Of a stretch of DNA of 64,000 nt, positions 1 to 12,430 are shown piece after piece (within the stretch, counting starts at the first letter, position 1; every line of letters begins with the position of its first letter). The position numbers were made by a program, and so were the translations under genes. Location: NCBI RefSeq assembly GCF_030684315.1, contig NC_081367.1, positions 19,202,792-19,266,791 on the forward strand, given 5' to 3'. This DNA comes from Stegostoma tigrinum. Taxonomy: Eukaryota. A model generated the notes under the pieces. That model had not been told where the DNA came from. It saw nothing but the letters and a program-made list of their open reading frames with translations, and searched no databases.

Positions 1-655
1 CCACGTCTTTCCTGTAATGAAGTAAGTAGAACTGAACACAACATTCCAAGTATGGTCAAACCAGAGTTTTATAGAGCTGCTGCACAACCTCACAGCTCTT
101 GAACTCAATTCCCCTGCCAATGAAAATCAACACACCATTTGCCTTTTTTACAACCCTTTCAACTTGAGTAGCAACTTTGAGGATCTATGGACATGGACCC
201 CAAGATCCCTCTGTTCCTCCACACCACCAAGAATCCTGCTATTAACCCTGTATTCTGCATTCAAATTCGACCTTTCAAAATAAATCACTTCACACTTTTC
301 TGAGTTGAATTCTATCTGCCACATCGATGCCCAGCTCTGCATCCGGTCAATGTCCTGTTGTAACCTACAACTGCCTCCACGCTGTCCACAACTCCACCAA
401 TCTTCGTGTCATTGGCAAACTTACTAAACCGCCCCTCCACTTCCTCATCCAACACATTAATAAAGATCATAAAGAGCAGAGGTCCCAGAACAGATCCCCG
501 CAGAACGCCACTGGTCACCGAGCTCCAGGCTGAATACTTTCCATCCACTGCCACCTTCTGATTTCTACTAGACAGCCAGTTTTGTATCCAGACAGCCAAA
601 TTTCCCTGAGTCTCATGCCACCTTACTTCCTGAATGAGCCTACCATGTGGAACCT
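1..655 (-). mobile_element. CR1-clade LINE, RT fragment (decayed)
   Basis: Minus-strand translation KVPHGRL...[21 protein letters not shown]...KFANDTKIGGVVDS and RDLGVHVH are CR1 ORF2 RT motifs; frameshifted. Confidence 0.9.
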
Positions 656-1530
656 TAACAAGTGCAGGAAGGGATTTCAAGATCTCACACAAGTGGTCAA
701 GGTCAATGAGTGTTTTGTCAAACGGCATGTCTGGTCAATCCATCACCATCCTCAGCAATTGCTCAATTCCTCTTCATTCACCTAGTTTAAATCTATAAAC
801 ACACTGACAGTTAACCAATGCAACCTGTCAAATATACTTACAATGCTTGCTAACGGTTCCAACTTGCTTGCAGGAGGTGATGCATAACAAGAGACAGCAT
901 CAGTTAAAAGCACAGGCATACCCCATGTATATTTCAACTCTTATGCAGGAAAGGACGATGTACTGGTTGAGATGAATGGCATCATTTTGTGCCACTTGTC
1001 CTATGTAATTGTTGCTAATAAGTTTAAAAGTTTAGTGAATTGGCGCTGTAGCACCCATTTCTTAAACTACAAAAATAGCATCTTCGATATGCATGTGAAC
1101 CTCTGATGGGATGTACGCAGGATCACATATTTTATAAAGGTGTTTCCACAAGGATCTAGAGTGCAAGGCATAGAAACTGCCCAGCTCAACCAGTGCATGC
1201 AAATGTTTCTCTAATCCCCTTGAATTTCCTTCCTTATTTTCTCTTCGAAATCTATCATCATAACCAACTATTTTCTTCTCCCTCGCATATTTGTCTAGCT
1301 TTCCATTAAATGTATTGATACTATTCACCTCAGCTACTTACTAGTGGTTGTGACTTCCTTGTTCTCACCATATTGTGGGTAAAGATTTGAAAATACATCC
1401 CTGAAACTAAAATGTTGCGACAATGTATTCACTCTTATTTGCAATATTTGTATGATGTATGTATTTACCCTAATTTAAACATTTTTGAGCATTTCCATTT
1501 TGATGCTTTTGTTTGAAAACAATTTTGCAG

Positions 1531-1846
1531 AATCCCTACAGTGTGGAAACAGGCACTTCGGTCCAACAAGTCTGCACCAAACCTCCAAACAGCATCCCGC
1601 CCATACCCATCTCTACCCCTTTCCTCTGTAAACCACCTAACCTAAACACATCCCTGAAAACTATGGGCAATTTGGCATGGCCAAAACATCTAGCCTGCAC
1701 ATCTTTGGACAGTGGGAGGAAACCAGAGCACCCGGAGGAAACCCACGCAGACACAGAGAGAATGCGCAAACTCAGTCGTCTAAGGTGGGAATCAAACCTG
1801 AATCTCTAGTGCTGTGAGGCAGCGATGCTAACCAATGAGCCACCTT
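1531..1846 (-). mobile_element. tRNA-derived V-SINE (shark HE1-like)
   Basis: Minus strand reads GGTGGCTCATTGGTTAGCATCGCTGCCTCACAGC (A-box head), GGTTTGATTCC (B-box) and the core GTCTGCGTGGGTTTCCTCCGGGTGCTCTGGTTTCCTCCCAC, then a CR1-like tail. Confidence 0.85.
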
Positions 1847-2023
1847 GTGAATACATTTGACTTAAAAGCACAGTCTTAAAAATGTTCTAATTCCTACATT
1901 CCAATCCCATTGTTTGCAAAAGATGCTTTTTAAAAACCCTGAATTTTAGCTTTACTATTAAAGTTGACAATAATCACCTTATACATTCAGCAAAGTTAAT
2001 GGAATGTATTACAATAACCTTAC

Positions 2024-2085
2024 ATTTGAGATTGACCTGGTGAGGAGCTGGATCCAAAAGTCTTTTTAACATCTTCCCATGTTGC
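2024..2085 (-). CDS. USP18: USP18-like protease, penultimate exon (ATWEDVKKTFGSSSSPGQSQ)
   Basis: tttttttag acceptor, gtaagg donor, 62 nt, phase 0 in. WEDV..TFG matches recalled USP18 SWEDIQCTYG. The terminal exon (expected AYLLxY) was not found in 1-2023. Confidence 0.8.
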
Positions 2086-2807
2086 CTAAAAAAAGCAGAG
2101 ATCTACAGTGTTCATTATATAATTGAACTGATACAATCTGAAAATTCACATACAACAGTATTATTAGTCAAATAACACAGGTTTTTGAGAGACCTTGTGT
2201 TTCTCCTGACTTCTATAATCCATGCGCAATACAATTTTGATCAAAATGCACTTGTGTGTGACACCAACTCCACAAAAGTAATTATTAACTGAACAAAAAA
2301 AAACTTAAAAATTTGGATTTCACTTAAATGTCACAAATCAGTATTTTTGGTACAGTGGTGGGAGTTTCACAGAACTGATGTATAGTTTGAGATTTTAATT
2401 ATGTCCTAAGAGTTTTTCAGAGTGTTTAAATAGTTTTGATTGTAAGTATTTCAAGCAAAGAGAAGAAATACATTTTAATCAATCAAGTGAATAAACTAAC
2501 TCGTATTTTGGAACAAGGAAGCGCAATTTTGACAGTGTATATTAAAGCATGATGCACAGATAAATTAATTAGCTAAAATTGCATAGAACATCAAAAAATC
2601 ATCTGCCTCATAATGTGTGACTTCTGCTTCGGATTTATTTCTTCCAGCTAATATGTAAACAAGATTGGCAGACTGTACTTCAGGTAGTCAGGCAAAGTTT
2701 ATAAATAACCAGTCTCAAGTAGCCCATAACAGAAACAACTGTATGATCTGAACAATGGGAGTAGTATTTAGTTTAAGTGGTCTTATCTTAAATATATGAA
2801 TACTTAC

Positions 2808-2939
2808 TCCCGTAACATGTTCATCATTGAAACAGTACCACTCTATTTCCTGAATATTCCTTATATAAGCATAATAATGGCCAAAGGATGCAATATCCTG
2901 ATGAACAATCACAGAGATGAGTTCGTATTGTGGGATATT
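2808..2939 (-). CDS. USP18: USP18-like protease, His-box exon (NIPQYELISVIVHQDIASFGHYYAYIRNIQEIEWYCFNDEHVTG)
   Basis: ttgcag acceptor, gtaagt donor, 132 nt, phase 0/0. Carries the catalytic GHY and the FND motif. Confidence 0.95.
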
Positions 2940-3336
2940 CTGCAATGGGTAAAGCAAATTATTTAGTAACAATAGATGTATAACACATTTAACATTTAAA
3001 AAATGATCCAAGCTACAGAAGGCATAAGTAAGAGTGATGCTGATTCAGGGTAGGGGAATTGAGAAAGAGCAATCAAAGTTGAAAAATTGTTTCCTTTTAA
3101 CATTGGAGAGAACAAAAATGGCAAGATTGAGTTCTCTCCCAAAATTACTCAATCAAAAGAGTTGCCTTCAATCATGGGAAAATATGTAAGGCTAGATCAG
3201 AGAAACTGCATTCAGAAAAACAGGAAGAGATTGCAGAGTACGAGGAGACTAGGGCATCAGGCAATTTATGAATGACTTAAAAAATTTCAATTTATTACAT
3301 TGGAGAAAGGGGGCACTAGTTTAGATGAACAAGACT

Positions 3337-3775
3337 AGGATGGTAGATTTGTGGGATTCAGAATGGAAGTGGATTTATGGGGCCAGGGTTTTGTATAATC
3401 TAGAAATATAGTGGGTGAGAAAAGCCTCTCCACTGCATCTTGGCGGCAGCCACCCCAAGCTTTAGTGTGTCCCTCAGCACATAATCCTGGATCTTGGAGT
3501 GCACCAGTCCGTGACATTCTGTTGATGTCAATCTTTGCACTGGAATACCAATTATTTTTGGGCAGACTTTCACTGAGTTGATTATTCTCTGGATGTAGTT
3601 GATGATTTTCTTGGGAACAGGGAACAGCCCATAGAGCACAGAGTCCTGTGTCACAGAGCAGCTCAGGATGGATCTTGATAATAACTACTGTCTCACTCCT
3701 TAAGCCTTCTTTGAATTGGAGCTGTGTAACAATCTCTTCCCCACCACAGTCATCTCGAGGGTAGTAAGCGTGAAG
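3337..3775 (-). mobile_element. L1/Tx1-clade LINE, ORF2 C-terminal fragment
   Basis: RIINSVK...ECHGLVHSKIQDYVLRDTLKLGVAAAKMQW resembles the recalled C-terminus of fish/shark Tx1-type ORF2. Confidence 0.65.
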
Positions 3776-3784
3776 GATATGAAA

Positions 3785-5525
3785 GATAATGGTCCGAGAA
3801 GTAGTTGATGCATTGGTGATCATCTTTCAAGATTCTATAGAGTCTGGAACAGTTCCTGTACATTGACTGGTAGCGAATGTAACCCTAATGCTTTAAAAAA
3901 ATGGGAGGTATAGAGAAAACAGAATTGTTGACTGTTAGCCCAACGTTGATGGTCGATACAATGCTAAAGTCGATTACAAAAGATTAACCAGCAGAGCACA
4001 TGGAAAACAGTGACAAAATCGGACAGAGTCAGCACAGATTTACAAAAGGAAAATCATGCTTGACAAATCTGGAATTTTTCAAGCATGTGAAGTTTATAAG
4101 ACCAATAGATGTAGTTTACTTAGACTTCCAGAAGGTTTTGATAAGGTCCCACATAAAAGATTAGCTTGTAAAATTAAAGCGCATGGGATTGGGGGTACTG
4201 TACTGACATGGATAGAGAACTGGTTGACATACAGGAAACAAACAGTAGAAATAAATGGGGCTTAAGTAGCAGGTAGTGACTAGTGGGGGTACAGCAGGAA
4301 TTATACTTAGACCCCAACTATTTACAATATAAATAATTTAGATGAGGGAACTAAATGTAACATCTCCAAATTTGCAGATCGCACAAAACTGGATGGAAGG
4401 CAGAACTGTGAGGGTGATGCTAAGATGCTTCAGTGTGATTTGGGCAAGTTGAATGAGTGGGTGAATGCATAGCAGATGATGTCCAGTGAAATATAGGAAC
4501 AAAAACAAAGTTGCTGGAAAATCTCAGCAGCACTGTAAGCATCTGTGAAGAAAAAAACAGACTTAACGTTTCGGATCCAGTGACCCTTCCTCAGAATGGG
4601 TTCTGGGGAAGGGGCAACTGACCCGAAATGTTAACTCTGTTTTCTCCTTCACAGATGCTGCCAGACCTGCTGAGCTTTTCCAGCAACTTTGTTTTTGTTC
4701 CTGATTTACAGCATCCTGTAGTTCTTTCAGTCTTTATACAGTGAAATATAGTGTGGATGAATGTGAACTTGTATACTTTGATAGCAAAAACAGGCAGGCA
4801 GATTACCTGAATGATAATTGACGGGAAAGGGGGAGGTGCAACAAGACCTTGGTATCCTGTACACCATTCACTGAAAGTAAGCATGACGGTGGGGTAGGTG
4901 ATGAAAAAGGCATATGGTATGCCAGGCCTCATAGCGTGTAGATTCAAGCACAAGAGAAGGGATGTTTGCTGCAATTATACGTAGCCTTAGTGAGACCATA
5001 CTTGGGTACTGCGTGCAGTTTTTTTCTCCTTATCTGAGAAAGGATGTTTTGGCTATGGAGGAAGTGTAACAAAGGTTTCCCAGACAGATTCCTGGGATGG
5101 CAGGACTGAGGTATCAAAAAAGGTTGGATTGGTGAGGACGATATTCTCTAGAGTTTCGAACTATGAAGTGAACCTCATGGAATCCCATGAAATTCTAACA
5201 GGGCAAGAGGGGGTAACACAAGAAAGATGCTACCAATGATCAGGGGGTGCAGAATCAGGTTCACAGACTTAGGAAATGGGCTAAAACATTAAGGGCTGAG
5301 ATGAGGAGATATGATTTTACCCAGACAGTGGTGAGCCTGTGGAATTGAACTTCTAAGGAAATAGTTGACACTAAAATGCCGAGTGTTTTCAAGAAGAAGT
5401 TAGATATTAGGGTTAAAGGCATTAAAGGGTATAGGAGAAAGCAGGAACAGAGTGGTGAGTTAGATGATCAGCCACGAGTAGACTCAAATGTCGTCGTGGC
5501 CTACTTCTGCTCCTATTTTCTATGT
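3785..5525 (+). mobile_element. CR1 LINE RT and 3' end, interrupted by a mini-Penelope
   Basis: FDKVPHKRLACKIKAHGIGGTVLTWIENWL and KFAD-like motifs; the 3' tail ends in ctcctattttctatgtttct. Confidence 0.85.
4497..4738. mobile_element. Palindromic mini-element built from inverted Penelope-like termini
   Basis: Arms aaagttgctggaaaatctcagcag and ctgctgagcttttccagcaacttt; 13-bp TSD cagtgaaatatag at 4484-4496 and 4739-4751. Confidence 0.75.
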
Positions 5526-5569
5526 TTCTTTGGTTGCTTCTTATCCAACAGAGAGCCCTCTAGAGGTAA

Positions 5570-5992
5570 CAAAGTGTGGAGCTGGATGAACACCGCAGGC
5601 CAAGCAGCATCTCAGGAGCACAAAAGCTGACGTTTCGGGCCTAGACCCTTCATCAGAGAGGGGGATGAGGAGAGGGTTCTGAAATAAATAGGGAGAGAGG
5701 GGGAGGCAGACCGAAGATGGAGAGAAAAGAAGATAGGTGGAGAGGAGAGTATAGGTGGGGAGGTAGGGAGGGATAGGTCAGTCTAGGGAGGACGGACAGG
5801 TCCAGGAGGCGGGATGAGGTTAGTAGGTAGGAAATGGAGGTGCCGCTTGAGGTGGGAGGAGGGGATAGGTGAGAGGAAGAACAGGTTAGGGAGGCGGGGA
5901 CAAGCTGGGCTGGTTTTGGGATGCAGTGGGCGAAGGAGAGATTTTGAAGCTTGCGAAGTCCACATTGATACCATTGAGCTGCAGGGCTCCCA
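5570..5992 (-). mobile_element. Penelope-like element, 5'-truncated 3' end
   Basis: Colinear with the 3' part of the GIY-YIG element at 17552-19149; 16-bp direct repeat agccctctagaggtaa at 5554-5569 and 5993-6008. Confidence 0.85.
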
Positions 5993-6481
5993 AGCCCTCT
6001 AGAGGTAATGGTCACTCCTGCGGCTACGTCACTATAGTTCGAAGGTGATCTTCCTCCTGATTACTGCGGCCTGCTTAACTGACTGTTTAAATTAAACTTA
6101 GTGTGTTTTTTTAGGGTGAGTCATTCATTTTTCATTTAGCAGCAGCAATGATGACAGCCTATAATGGTGGCTTTGTCAAGGCTGCAATGTTTCTGGCTGC
6201 TTAACTATGTTGGCAGCACTGGCAAGTAAGATATCGCTCTCGTTCACTTGCCGTTCATGGTGACAGCCTTTAACTAGGCCAGAACTGGTAAAATGCCACC
6301 CTAGGCTCCTGACAATGGCCTGTGCTGGGTTTGACCCAGATTGTGGTCCCGGCGACAGAGCTTCTCAACTTGAGAAAAGTCAGCCCTTTGTCAATGTTTG
6401 AATAGGTTGAAATGGAAGGTCAGTCACTGTGATCTGGAGAATGGAAAAATTCACACACTGCCTGCATGCCTAAAAACACAC

Positions 6482-6640
6482 CTTGAGGTTAGGAAATTCT
6501 TTTTTGCAATTCTCCGAGTTGATGCTTTCTGGAAATTCCATATAATTATTGTTTTTGACCACTTTCCTCAAGCTTGCAGCAAAGCCAAAGTGTTTTAGCT
6601 GTAGACATAGTATTTGTGGCCAAGAACGCACTCTGTAGCC
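6482..6640 (-). CDS. USP18: USP18-like protease exon (GYRVRSWPQILCLQLKHFGF...MEFPESIN...NLK)
   Basis: ttcaacag acceptor, AAG|gtgtgt donor, 159 nt, phase 0/0. Contains the USP PxxLxxxLKRF-type box and the FP motif. Confidence 0.9.
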
Positions 6641-7239
6641 CTGTTGAAGAGAAAACAATTGTCAGAAAAGAAGCATTTAAAATAATTTTCATACTAGACT
6701 AAGCATTACTGAAATTAAAAGAAAGCCAAAAAACACCAAGTCTAGTTGTAAGTTGTATCCTACATCACTGGGAAGCTAGTGGTATAATGGCAATGGTACT
6801 GGACCAAGCTAACATTCCGGAGACATGGGTTCAATTGTCATCTTGGCAGCTGGCGAAATAGGATTTCGATAGAAAATGGTGAATCGTAAAAACAAGCCTA
6901 ATGCTGACTGTATAATCACTACTGATTGTCACAAAATCAGGTCTGGTTCACTCATGTCTTTTACGGAAGAAAAATCTGCCTTCCCTACCCAGTCTGGTCT
7001 ACATGTATTTTCAGATCCTCAGCAATATGGTTGACTCTTAGCTGCTCTCTTGAGCAGTTAGGGATGGGCTATAAATGATGACCATCAATAAATGATGGCT
7101 ATAAATAAATGATGTATGCTCACATCCCAAAAAAGATTTTTTAAATTACTTTTCAAATACAGAAATGGCAAATGCCATACTGACTGTTTGACATAAATCT
7201 AAATTGAAATATTCATCTATTTCTTAAGTCAGTACTTAC

Positions 7240-7335
7240 ATGTTGTGTCGTTGTCTTTTCTCCACATTGGTCACAATAGCATTTGTTATCACCATCTAAA
7301 TTTTGTGATTGAAAGAAGCCATTCAGGGAATTCAT
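7240..7335 (-). CDS. USP18: USP18-like protease, zinc-ribbon exon (MNSLNGFFQSQNLDGDNKCYCDQCGEKTTTQH)
   Basis: actag acceptor, gtaagt donor, 96 nt, phase 0/0. CYCDQCGEKT matches recalled USP18 CFCENCGKKT. Too short for the ORF track. Confidence 0.92.
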
Positions 7336-7669
7336 CTAGTTAAACATAAATGTTTTCAATGTTAAACCAGCAAAAAAAATCTGGTTTACATATTCTGGAC
7401 AGGGACATTAATGCAATCTAACTTTAAACATATTATGGATAGAAGAGACAATTTGTCAAATTATCAAACATAATTTATATTTCAAAGTGAATTATTCCCA
7501 GATACTGTTGATTCCATGGCCAGTTTCACAATAGTTATGATATTGGGCACTTTGATAGTTATGCCTACAAACATCTAACATTATAGATCAAAAACTCTAT
7601 TTGTTGGAGAAAAAAGTACTTTTTTCACCCCATACACTTGTTTAGTGATTTGGTGATGCTAGGTATTAA

Positions 7670-8890
7670 GACCATAAGATACTACAGCGGAATTAGGTCA
7701 TTCAGCCCATCAAGTCTGTTCTGTCATTTGATCACGGCTAATTATGTTTCTCAACTCCATTTTTTTTACCTTCTCCCTGTAACCTTTGATCACCATAGGT
7801 GATCAAGAACCTATCTGTCACTGTCTGAAATACACACAGTGACTTGGCCTCCATAGCCTTCTGTGGAAACGAGTTCTATGGATTGATTAACCTTTGGCTG
7901 AAGAAATTATTACACATCTCAGTTCTGAAGCTCGTGCAATCTCTGAGGCTGTGCCCTCAGGTCCTAGCCTGCCTGGCTAGTGAAAACATCTTCACGACCA
8001 CTCTATCTAGGCCTCACAGTGTTCTGCACATTTCAATGAAATACCCCGTCATGTTACTAAAGCCCATCAAGTACAGACCCAGAGTCCTCAAATGACAAGC
8101 CCATCATCCCTTGTGACCAGACTTGTAAATCTCCTCTGGGCCCCCTCTGTGGCCAGCAATTCCTTCTTTAGACATGGCACCCAAAAACTGCTCACAATAT
8201 TTTCAAATGCAGTCTGAGCACACCTTTATACAGCCTCAGCAGTACATCCTGTTCTTGTATTCTAGCCCTCTTGAAATAAATGCTAACGTTGCATTTCCTT
8301 TCCCAACTGCCACTGAACTTGCTTGTTAACCTTAAGATAATCCTGAACTAGAAGTCTTTAAGTCACTTTGTGCTTCAGATTTCTGAAGACATTCCACATT
8401 TAGAAAATAGTCCATGGCTCTATTTTCATACCAAAGTACATAGCTCATACTTTCCCACATTGTATTTTGTCCAGTACTTCTTTGCCAGCTCTCTAGCCCA
8501 TCCAAGTCCTTATGTAGACTCCCACCTCCTCAAAACTACCTGTCTTTCTACTTGACTTTGTGTCAACAGCAAAATTAGCAACGATGCCCGCAGTTGCTTC
8601 ATCCATATTGTTAATGTATAACATGAATAGCTATGGTTCCAAAACTGAACCCTGTGGAACTCCACCAGTCAGATTGCCAACCTGAAAAAAGGCCCTTTCA
8701 TTCCCACTATCTGCACTTTGTCAATCAACCAATACTCTAACCATGCCAGTATCCTGTCCTGACATGGGCCCTTACCTTTATTTAACAGCCTCCTGTGTGG
8801 CACTTTATCAAAAGCCTCTGGGAATCTAAATAAGTCATGTCTATTGGCTATCCTTGATATAACTCACTCGTTAGCTCCTCAAAGAATTTC
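7670..8890 (-). mobile_element. CR1 LINE RT and 3' fragment
   Basis: accataagat...ggtcattcagcccatc is a CR1 3' tail; gaaccctgtggaactcc is the reverse complement of GVPQGS. Confidence 0.8.
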
Positions 8891-9189
8891 AACATAATTA
8901 CGTGAATAAAGTTTAATAAATAGAGTATGACATATGAAAACATGAAATTGTTTATTTTGGTAGCTTGAATAAAAAAGAAGCATATTACATAAATGATGAG
9001 AGATTGCAATGCTCTGAGATACAGAAATCTACCACGTTAAAAATATTCACAGACCCTTCTTTAATTGCACTTTCAGGAAACAAATTGCAAAGACTCAGAA
9101 ATTTCTGTTTGGAAAATTATGCCATGTTGCATGAATCACAAAAGGGTATTACGCAGGTAAAGTAAGTAATTAGGATCACAAAATCCCTA

Positions 9190-9495
9190 AAGTGTGGAGA
9201 AAGGCCATTCGGCCAATCAAGTCTGCAGTGACCTCCAAGGGGCATCCCAACCAGCCCCATCCCTTCGCCCTATCCTCACATTTCCCATGGCTAATCCACC
9301 TGCACATCCCTAGAGACTATGCAGCAATTTTGTTTTTTAGCATGGTGAATCCTCCGAATCAGCACATCTTTGGATTGTGAGAGGAAATTCACACAGACAT
9401 GGGGAGAATGTGCAAAGTCCACACAGTCACCCGAGGATGGAATCGAACCCAATACTCTGTCATTGTGAGGCAGCAGTGCTAGTCACTGGACCATA
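9190..9495 (-). mobile_element. HE1-like V-SINE inserted in a CR1 3' fragment
   Basis: tgtgaggcagcagtgcta and ggaatcgaaccc are the reverse complements of the A/B-box head; cacacagacatggggagaatgtgcaaa is the core. Confidence 0.75.
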
Positions 9496-9984
9496 TTGTC
9501 ATTAGAATCCGTACAGTGTGGAAAGAGGCCATTTGGCCCATTGAGACAGTACCTATTAGGAGTGCTAATAAAATGTTATAATTTGTGGTTAAGGGAATTG
9601 AATACAGAAGGAGGTTATGTTTCAGTTAAACAGAACACTGGTAAGACCAGATCTAAAGAACTTTGCACAGTATTGGTCACCCTACTGAGAGAAGGATGTA
9701 AGTGCATTGGAAACAGTTCAAAGGCTATTTATCAGATTAATACTTGGAATGGATGGATTGTCTAATATGGAAAGGTTTGACAGGCTAGGTTTGTAGCTGC
9801 TGGAGCTTAGAAAAGCAAGTGGCAACTTGACTGAAAAACAAAAGATCCAGATAAGTCTTTTCAGGGTGAATATGGAGAGGATGTTTCCTCTTAAAGGAGA
9901 CCCTAAAACTAGGATTCATGGTTTAAAAATAAATTCTTTAAATTTAGTTGTTTGCCCATTTAAAATGAAAATGAGGCATAATTT

Positions 9985-12430
9985 CCAAGGACATTTTGGA
10001 GAGGGTGCAGAATATTCTCAAAGAGGACAGGGACCAGCAGGATGTCATTGTACACGTTGGAATTAATGATCGAGGAACAGAAATGGATGAAATTCTGAGG
10101 AGAGGGATAGTGAAGAAAGAGATCAGTCTGAGACCGGTACAGTTGGGAAAAGGAGCAAGTCAAACAGTCATACAGCGAGGAACAAAGCAAAGAATGAGGC
10201 AGGACTGATAAATTAAACTACATTTATTTCAATGCAAGAGGCCGGACAGGTAAGGCAGGTGAACTCAGGGCATGGTTAGGAACAATGGACTGGAATATGC
10301 AGCAATTACAGAGATGTGGCTCAGGGATGAACAGGGTTGGCAGCTTAATGTTCCAGGGTATGGATGCTATAGGAAGTATAGAAAGCGGGGCAAGAAAGGA
10401 GGGGGAGTGGCATTTTGATTAGGGATAACATCACAGCTGTACTTAGGGAGGATATTCCTGGGAATACGTCCAATGAAGTTATTTGGGTGGAAATGAGAAA
10501 TAAAAAAGGGATGATGGCCTTATTGGGATTCTAATATAGAACCCCCAACAGTCAGCAGGAAATTGAGAAACAAATTTGTAAGGAGATTTCAGTTATTTGT
10601 AAGAGTACTAGGGGTGGTTATGGTAGGGATTTTAACTTTCCAGACATAAGCTGGCACCACAGTAGTGTTAAGGACTTGGATGGAAAGGACTTTTTTTAAG
10701 AGTGTACAAGAAAATTTTCTGATTCAGTATGAGGATGTACCAACTGGAGAAGGTGCAAAACTTGATCTACTCTAGGGAAATAAGGCAGGACAGGTGACTG
10801 AGGTCTCAGTGGGGGAGCACTTTGAGGCCAGTGACCATAATTCTATTAGTTTTAAAACAGTGATGGAAAAGGATAGACCGGACCCAAAAGTTAAATTTCT
10901 AAACTGGGGGAAGGCTAATGTTGATGGTATTAGGCAAGAACTTTCAGAAATTGATTGGGGGTGGATGTTTGTCGGTAAAGGGACTCCTGGAAAGTGGGAA
11001 GCCTTCAAAAGTGAGATAACAAAAGTTGCAGAGACAATATGTTCATCTTTGGATGAAGAGTAAGGCTGGTAGGTGTAGGTAATATTGGATGACCAGAGAA
11101 ATTGAGGTTTTGGTCAAGAATAAGAAGGAAGCATGTGTCAGGTATAAACATGAGAAAGCGAGTGAATCTCTAGAAGAGTATAAATGCAGTAGGAGTATAC
11201 TTAAGAGGGAAACCAGGAGTGCAACTAGGAGACATGAGATAGCTTTGGCAAATCGGGTTAAGGAGCATTCAAAGGGATTCCACACATATGTTTACAACAA
11301 AAGGAGTGAAAAGGACCCCTTAAAGATTACCTACATGTGGAACCGTAGGAGACGGGGAGATACTAAATGAGCATTTTGCATCAGTGTTTACTGTGGAGAA
11401 GAACATGGAAGACAGAGAAGGTGGGGAAATAAATAGCGACATCTTGAAAAATATCCATATTATAGAGGAGGAGGCCCTGACGTCTTTAAATGCATAAAGG
11501 TAGATAAATCCCTGGCACATGATAGGCATGCCCTAAATCTCTGTGGGAAGCTAGGAAAGCGATTGCTGGGCCCTTTGCTGAGATATTTGTATCATCAACA
11601 GCTGCAGGTGAGGTGCCGGAAGACTGGAGGTTGGCTAATATGGTGCCACTATTTAAGAAAGGTGATAAGGAAAAGCCAGGCTGCTGAGCTTGACATCAGT
11701 GATGTGCATGTTGTGGCGGGAGACAGGATTTACATGTATTTGGAAAGGCAAGGACTGATTAGGGATATTCAATATGGCTTTGTGCTTGGGAAATCGCATC
11801 TCGCTAATTTGATTTTTGAAGCAGTATTGAGGAGGATTGGTGAGGGCAGTGGACATGATCTATATGGACGTCAGTAAGGTGTTCAAGAGGTTCCTCATGG
11901 AAGGCTGGGTAGCAAGGTTAGATCACATGGAATACAGGGAGAACTAGCTACCTGTATACAGAACTGACTTGAAGGTAGAAGACAGAGGTTGGTGGTGGGG
12001 TGTTGCTTTCCAGGTTGGAGCCCTGTGACCAGCAGTGTGCCACAAGGATCAGTGCTGGGTCCACTGCTTTTCATCATTAATATAAATGATTTGGATGAGA
12101 ATATATGAAGTATGGCTAGTAAGTTTGTCAATGACACCAAAGTTGGAGGTGTAGTGGACATCAAAGATGGTTACCTCAGAGCATAATAGGATCTTAATCA
12201 GATGGATCAATGGGCTGAAGAGTGGCAGATGGAGTTTAACTTTGCAAAATGCAGCACCTCACATTTGACTAAGGCAAATCAGGACAGGACTTATACACTG
12301 AATGATAAAGCCCTGGGGAGTGTTGCTGAATGAAGAGACCTTGGAATGTAGGTTCATATCTCCTTGATAGTGGAGTTGCAGGTAGATAGGACAGTGAAGA
12401 AGCCATTTGGCATGCTTGTCTTTATGATTC
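9985..12430 (+). mobile_element. CR1 LINE, long decayed copy (ORF1 esterase end, APE endonuclease, RT)
   Basis: DVIVHVGIND (SGNH-type ORF1), SDHNSISF (APE) and cacaaggatcagtgctgggtcca (PQGSVLGP); many stops and frameshifts. Confidence 0.85.

Noticed and set aside
842-866. Possible minus-strand mini-exon (KLEPLASI, gtaagt donor) continuing the USP gene
   Set aside because: Weak AAG acceptor and no AYLLxY-type terminal motif; cannot be supported without transcripts.
1780-1846. tRNA genes suggested by A/B boxes (also about 9430-9490, 42395-42465, 47540-47600 and 63730-63800)
   Set aside because: They are SINE heads followed by SINE cores or are decayed, with no complete cloverleaf.
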